A stretch of 64,000 nucleotides of DNA from Eledone cirrhosa (lineage: Eukaryota): assembly GCA_964016885.1 (NCBI GenBank), contig OZ024740.1, positions 214,396,001 through 214,460,000 of the forward strand, written 5' to 3'. Position numbers and translations under genes: made by a program. Below are positions 57,646 through 64,000 of this stretch, one piece after another. The first letter of the stretch is position 1, and the number at the start of each line of letters is the position of its first letter. The notes below the pieces were generated by a model that was given only the letters and a program-made list of their open reading frames with translations, did not search any database and was not told the DNA's origin.

Positions 57646-59091
57646 AACACACACATACAAAGACATACACAAACACATACACACACATACACACAGACAG
57701 AGAAACAGATAAAGAGATACATAGGTATACCCGAGATCTCAACATACAAGATGTCTGTCAACCAAAAGTTAAAGTAGAAGACATGTATAATCGACCCAGT
57801 ATATTACTGGTACTTTGTTTTATCGACCTCGTAATGATGAAAGGCAAAGCTAACCTTGGCGTGATTTGAACTCAGACCGTAAAGTACCGTAACTATAGAC
57901 CGCAAAACATATTGACCGGCGCTCTACCGACACTGTCAATCCACCGCCATTATGGAATATATAATTCTTTCTACTTTAGGCACAAGGCCAGCAATCACCC
58001 AGTGTATTACTGGTACTTTATTTTATCGACCCCGTAAGGATGAAAGGAAAAGTTAACTTTACAATACTTGTGCGCGCGTGTGTGTGTGTGTATGTGTGTA
58101 TGTGTCTGTATGTGTGTGTATGTGTGTATTTATGTGTATGTGTGTATGTGTGTGTATGTGTATATGAGTGTGTATATGTGTATGAGTGTGTGTGTATGTT
58201 TGTGTGTGAGTGTATGTGTGTGTATGCGTGTGTGTATGTGTGTGTGTATGTGTGTGTGTATGTTTGTATGTGTGTGTGTGTATGTGTATGTGTGTGTATG
58301 TATGTGTGTATGTGTGTATGTGTGTGTATGTATGTGTGTATGTGTGTATGTGTGTGTATGTGTGAGCATAAACCAATAATCTTACGAGAAATAGGTTAAT
58401 TTGAAAATAATTTGCTTTTATTAAGAAAAGCTGCTACAATTTATATTAATTACTATAAAATAGTCGAATAAATCGGATAAACAATTCTTGTTTGACAGGG
58501 ACAGCTTCGATAAGATAGAGTAAGTAAAGCTAGATAAAGTAAAGGAAAAACACCCCAAATAAAACAACACAATTCTCACAACATATACTCTACATTTACT
58601 CAACTGACATTACATATATTATACTCAAGAGAACAAACACTGCACTTGACCAAAGCTGACCAATATTTCATCGACCAAATGGAAATTTATTTTATTTTCT
58701 CCTACTCCATATTCTCATACTGTGGAGAGAGTACTTTTACATAATTGGAATCCATGTTTAATTTACATTTCTTATCCGAGAACGTGAACCTTCAGGATTT
58801 CTTCCTTGGATATTATATTCTGTAGTCTTCTATTCTAGATAGAGTTTTAATATTCTTATATAGTAAAAGGGAATGGTTCAGTAAAATATAGTAAAAGGAA
58901 ATGGTTCCCCGAAACAAACTGAATTTTTGTTGTACTCTCGTGTTTTGAACAATTTCCCAAGCCTATTAAATTTTGTGAATCTTTTTCCGGCGAAATTTTA
59001 TTTTAAGTAGTAGCATTTCTGTGACAGTTAACCTTCTTTAGACATATAAAAAAATTATACATGGCAAAAAAAGTACATTATTAGAAACCCC

Positions 59092-59258
59092 GGTAGAGGG
59101 TCGGACGCCTTGCTTTATAGCAAAGAGTTACGGCCCTTTATGGTCTGAGTTCAAATCCCGCCGAGGATAACTTTGCCTTTCATCCTTACGGGGTCGATAA
59201 AATAAAGTAGCAGTAATACACTGGGATAATTGTTGGCCTTGTGCCAAAAGTAGAAACA
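59092..59258 (+). mobile_element. 5'-truncated SINE family A with 15-bp TSD
   Basis: ATTA(T/C)TAGAAACCCC at 59077-59091 and 59259-59273; single empty site at 51876-51890. Confidence 0.92.
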
Positions 59259-59410
59259 ATTACTAGAAACCCCATATGTTATGTAATAAATAGGATGGGT
59301 TAGTGTCTCAATATGTAAACTAAATGACTAATTCTGGTTTGTAAAAAATTCAACAGACAACCTAGAAATATTACCGATTTGCCCTACCCTTATTCCCCCT
59401 ATTATTTGGG

Positions 59411-59592
59411 GAGGATTGGCAGTATCGGTAGAGGGCCGGATGCTATGCTTTGTAGCATAGAGTTACGGCCCTTTACGGTCTGAGTTCAAATCCTACCGAG
59501 GTTAACTTTGCCTTTCATCCTTACGGGGTCGATAAAATAAAGTAGCAGTAATACACTGGGTAATTACTGGCCTTGTGTCAAAAGTAGAAACA
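59411..59592 (+). mobile_element. SINE family A with 10-bp TSD
   Basis: ATTATTTGGG at 59401-59410 and 59593-59602. Confidence 0.9.
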
Positions 59593-59961
59593 ATTATTTG
59601 GGACCCGAGAGTACTTGTCTCTTCCCAACTCATGCTACAACATTCCTCAAATTCTACTGCTTATACCTCAATACAGTGCATCTTTTATATTCTCCCCTTT
59701 ATTCTTAATTTGTTGTGGCATTTATTGGAATATATTTTTAGCACATTGTTAATTTCAATCTAATACCAACTTTTTTCTTCTGATGGCGCTGCCCCAGCAT
59801 GGCCTCAGCCTGTCGGTTGGTACACCTAAAAAGGTAAAAGAGTAAACGAGTAATTATTCATTTTTTTTCCATCTCTAATGAAACTTGAATAAGTTGTTGT
59901 AAGTCCGTGCTGATATTTCAATCTTATTGCACCATTGATGTATTAAGAGATTTGAATATAT

Positions 59962-60108
59962 AGGCGTGTGGCCTAGTGGTAAGGGTTTAACTCTGTGATG
60001 GACTGGTATCCTGTCCAGGGGACGAGTCTTGTACTCTCAGTTGCTTCACGCCATAGAAACGGGGAGAATCACCGGCCTGATGCGCCTCCGAGCTTGAGAC
60101 AGACTTTA
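59962..60108 (+). mobile_element. Internally deleted tRNA-SINE of another family
   Basis: A box GTGGCCTAGTGG joined to TGTGATGGACTGGTATCCTGTCCAGGGG..GCTTCACGCCATAGAAAC, resembling conserved central SINE domains (recall). Confidence 0.55.
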
Positions 60109-61107
60109 GTGTTTAAATAGAGCTATAGTCAATTATGTAACTTCCAGTCGACAAGAATGTAATCATTTTTAAAAGAATGAATCTTCGTTATATTATCATT
60201 GGATAAAAGACAAAATCTGGTCATTGAACCGTTTAAAAGTTTTCATACTCTTGGGTCTTGAATAATCGTCCCCCAGCTCACTTATTCATTTTTCAGATGT
60301 TTTCAATCCCCCCCCCCCCCCCCCCTACTCTTATTCCACTCACCGCTTGTTAAATTTTGTTAATCTATCTCCGGTGAAATTTTACTTTAGCATTCCTGCG
60401 ACAATTAATTTTCTTTTGACATTAAAAACATTATACATGACAAAAAAGAAATACATTACGTTACCCCATAAAAAATCCCAATAAGAAATTCCATACGTTA
60501 TAAAATAAATAGGATGATTTTGGGGTCTCAATATGTAAACTAAACGACTAATTCGGGTTTTTAGAAAAGTCAACTGAGAAAACGTAGAAAAATGACCGAT
60601 TTCCACTCACCCCCCGCTTATTCCACTGACCCGAGAGTACCTAACGATAAGAATTTTGTCTAAACTGAATCTTGGAATTTTAATAATAAACATTATTGTG
60701 TACAGTGCTCAGGTGCAATACAACTCATCAAAGGTGCATGTATAGTACATAGAATAATGTATAAATGTCAGGAAAGTGAACAGCTAAAGTCTGAAACATT
60801 GTAACATACTGAGCTGTGTTTATTTGAAACACGTGTGAAGATGAAAGTAACATTTATCTGCAAGATGTACAGTATATATAATCACGTGTGTACAGATGTA
60901 TGTTCTATGTGTGTATGAGACTGAGCATTGCCTCAGGGTACCACATGAATATATGAAGTGATTGCAATTGCTTGGCGTGCTGTGGAAAACCTGCATCAGT
61001 ATACTCGACATATGTGCGACTATAGACGCTTGACAGAGTTAAGAACTGCACGAATATATATGCATACACACACACACACACACGTATATATATATATATA
61101 TATATAT

Positions 61108-61522
61108 AGTAATAATAATAAATTTGAAGACTAAAATCCAAAGCGGGCTCGATAAGGATAAATATATATCAAATATATAACCGTAGAGCAAATATTTATT
61201 AAAATAACAGATTAAAGTTTAAGCAAAGTACTCCTCCATCAATTTACCACTTCTCCTTAGAGCTATCAATTTCGCTAAAACACTCACAGTGGTTAAGGAT
61301 TTCGAAGTTGATGTCATCCTCAATGCCCGTAAGTCGGTGATTAATTTCGACGACTCTATTTGGATTAAAAAATCTAATAGTACCCCATTCGACGTGAGTA
61401 TGGGCGCCAGCGATTCTGCGGAGGTTACTGATCTTTATGTTCACAGTTTGATTATGTTAGTTTCAGAAGATCCCGTTTAAGGGCGAAAGCAGCGATTCTT
61501 TGCTTAAACTGTAATCTGTTAT
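61108..61522 (+). mobile_element. PLE fragment: inverted pLTR ends around an RT remnant
   Basis: ILNARKSVINFDDSIWIKKSNSTPFDVSMGASDSAEVTDL resembles PLE RT FDVTMGSYDGAEVCEL; 61193-61228 inverted at 61487-61522; (TA)n flanks. Confidence 0.8.
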
Positions 61523-61526
61523 TTTA

Positions 61527-61588
<62 letters not shown>

Positions 61589-61589
61589 T

Positions 61590-61632
<43 letters not shown>

Positions 61633-62034
61633 GATTGCAACCGCTTGCCATACAATCTCCCTGCATCGACCTTCAGGCAGGAATAAGTGAAAATTAAATC
61701 AGACCAATTTACCAGACCCACTGGACTACTTTTTATTCTATTTTCATTTTTCTTGTAGAATTGATAGAAATGAATCCAAATGATGGGAAAAAAAGTAAGA
61801 ATTGACAACCAAATGCATATATATAGTGTGAACCAGATGTCACAAAGAAGGAGGACACCATGTAGTAAGAAGGGGAGGAAGGGAGGGAAAAAAGGGGACA
61901 GAGGGGGGGGGGGATATCGGAAATGGGAAAGGGACAGACAGAAGATACCTAACTGACAAACAAAGCGTGTGATGAAGTCAACAGACAGACTGATAGACAG
62001 GCAGATGGACAGACAGACATGCAGAGAGTTTGAT

Positions 62035-62097
<63 letters not shown>

Positions 62098-62111
62098 ATA
62101 TTGATTGATTG

Positions 62112-62164
<53 letters not shown>

Positions 62165-62290
62165 TATAGATAGATAGATAGATAGATGTACAGATAAAGA
62201 TACACAGGGGGAGGAAGCTTAGAAAAATAAACGAACTCAAACCATAATGGAGAAACAAAGAAGAGAAGCCGACAGTGAGGCACACACACA

Positions 62291-62434
<144 letters not shown>

Positions 62435-63215
62435 TAGACAGATATTAAAACAGAGAGAAAGAGAGAGGGAGAGTGACCAAGTAAAACAAAGGGGTAAAGA
62501 AAGAAATAGAAAGAGAGAGAAATAATTAAAAGAAAGAAAGAAAAAATAAATAAAAAAGAGAGAGAGAAGGAGAGAGAAGAGGATAGAGAGAATGGGAGGG
62601 AGAGAGAGAGAAAAAGCGAAGGAGAGAGAAGGAAAAGGAGAGGGAACAGGAGATCTTAATGGCTATTTATATTGAACAGTTCATTGTCAGGAAATGAAGA
62701 CAGTCAGTTTGTTTCAACAATTTTCCCAATGCCCCTAGGACATTTCTGAAATGAAACCCTCTCTTCTAAACAGGATTATATTCAATGGTTCATTAAATGT
62801 TAATAAATTAAAGTGTCAGTGATTTCTACATGGTGACTTCTTGTTCCGGTTAATTTCCGAAATTGTATGGTTCCTTGGAAAGTTAAGATTACCTAAGGCA
62901 TGAGGTCAAATGATTCGATGTAGTAATGAACACTCACATCACCATGTCTTCCATTTCTAGGTCAAGGTCAAAAGGAGGACAGAGTTAAAGGTCAGTTCTG
63001 ACTTTGTTCACTTCTCCTTACACACCAACTATCGTGATATAATGGAAGGATCATAACTAAACTGAAATAGAGGTGAACACGGAAACATATTTATATTCCA
63101 GAAATGTTAATTTCTATTTCTATATAATCTTTTATATAATTGTCTTCTGGTCAATATTGTATTTCGCTCTATATCTTAAATGAACTTAAAGTATATATAT
63201 GTATGTCGTAAATGA

Positions 63216-63297
<82 letters not shown>

Positions 63298-63299
<2 letters not shown>

Positions 63300-63378
63300 A
63301 ACAAGTAAGACCCGACGGCTGAGCTCGAATTAGCCGTCGAAACGGCTTGAGCTCAGCCGTCGGGGTGTTCCTTGTTCC
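63298..63378. repeat. GC-rich nested hairpin adjoining (TA)n
   Basis: GGAACAAG..CCCGACGGCTGAGCTC..AGCCGT(CGAA)ACGGCT..GAGCTCAGCCGTCGGG..CTTGTTCC. Confidence 0.85.
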
Positions 63379-63457
63379 TATTACCCACTCTACTACCCTA
63401 AGTATTGAGTACTTTGGTGCGTTATGGTCCACCTGGTTCCTTACCACATTTCCTTCG

Positions 63458-63507
<50 letters not shown>

Positions 63508-63510
<3 letters not shown>

Positions 63511-64000
63511 AATAATAATAAATTTGAAGACTGAAATCCAAAGGGGGCTCGATAAGGAAAAATATATATCAAATATATAAGAACCGTAGAGCGAATATTT
63601 ATTAAAATAACAGATTAAAGTTTAAGCAAAGAATCGTTGCTTTCACCCTGAACGAGATCTTCTGAAACTAAAGAAAAATCAATCTGTGAACGCAGAAGTA
63701 AACATTTAGAAAAACGTTGCAACCGAAGGTAGACAGGAAGACGATACTTTGGTTCGTGGAAACGTTCCCTGGCAAAGAACGTAAAAAAACGAAGATAATA
63801 CGTCATTATTTGGAGCGTAGAAAACAATTACACGCAAGGACAAAACCACGTTTATGGTATAAATGAAGTCGTAGACTAATATTCTATTAGGTGGTTCGTG
63901 GAGACGTTCTCTGGCAATGAACGGAAAAAACGAAAATAATACGTCATGGTGTGGAGCGTTGAAAACAAATACACGCAAGGATAAAACCACGTTTATGGTA
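63508..64000 (-). mobile_element. Second copy of the 61108 PLE end, with ~141-bp tandem repeats (runs off window)
   Basis: 63508-63630 nearly identical to 61108-61228; 63750-63859 repeated at 63893-64000. Confidence 0.75.

Larger units (their letters stand above)
57845..59600. repeat. Segmental duplication, copy 2, with additional SINE sequence
   Basis: Colinear with 50684-52070. Confidence 0.92.

Overview
Eukaryotic, AT-rich, repeat-dominated DNA; the SINE, LINE and microsatellite content suggests an octopus/coleoid cephalopod (inference from repeat recognition, no search run). No intact host gene is evident, and nearly all long ORFs in the track are translations of tandem repeats. The window holds large minisatellite arrays (49, 36, 36, 83, 66, ~32 and 19/22 bp units), many tRNA-derived SINEs, three Tx1/L1-like LINE copies in microsatellites, an RTE remnant whose coding sequence seeded the 83-bp array, mariner-like ends, and a ~1.4 kb segmental duplication with filled/empty SINE sites. 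The most notable signal is a set of Penelope-like element (PLE) fragments in (TA)n tracts carrying at least six type I hammerhead ribozyme motifs of several unrelated sequence families. Several sit in fold-back palindromes whose junctions fall at or near the CUGANGA core.
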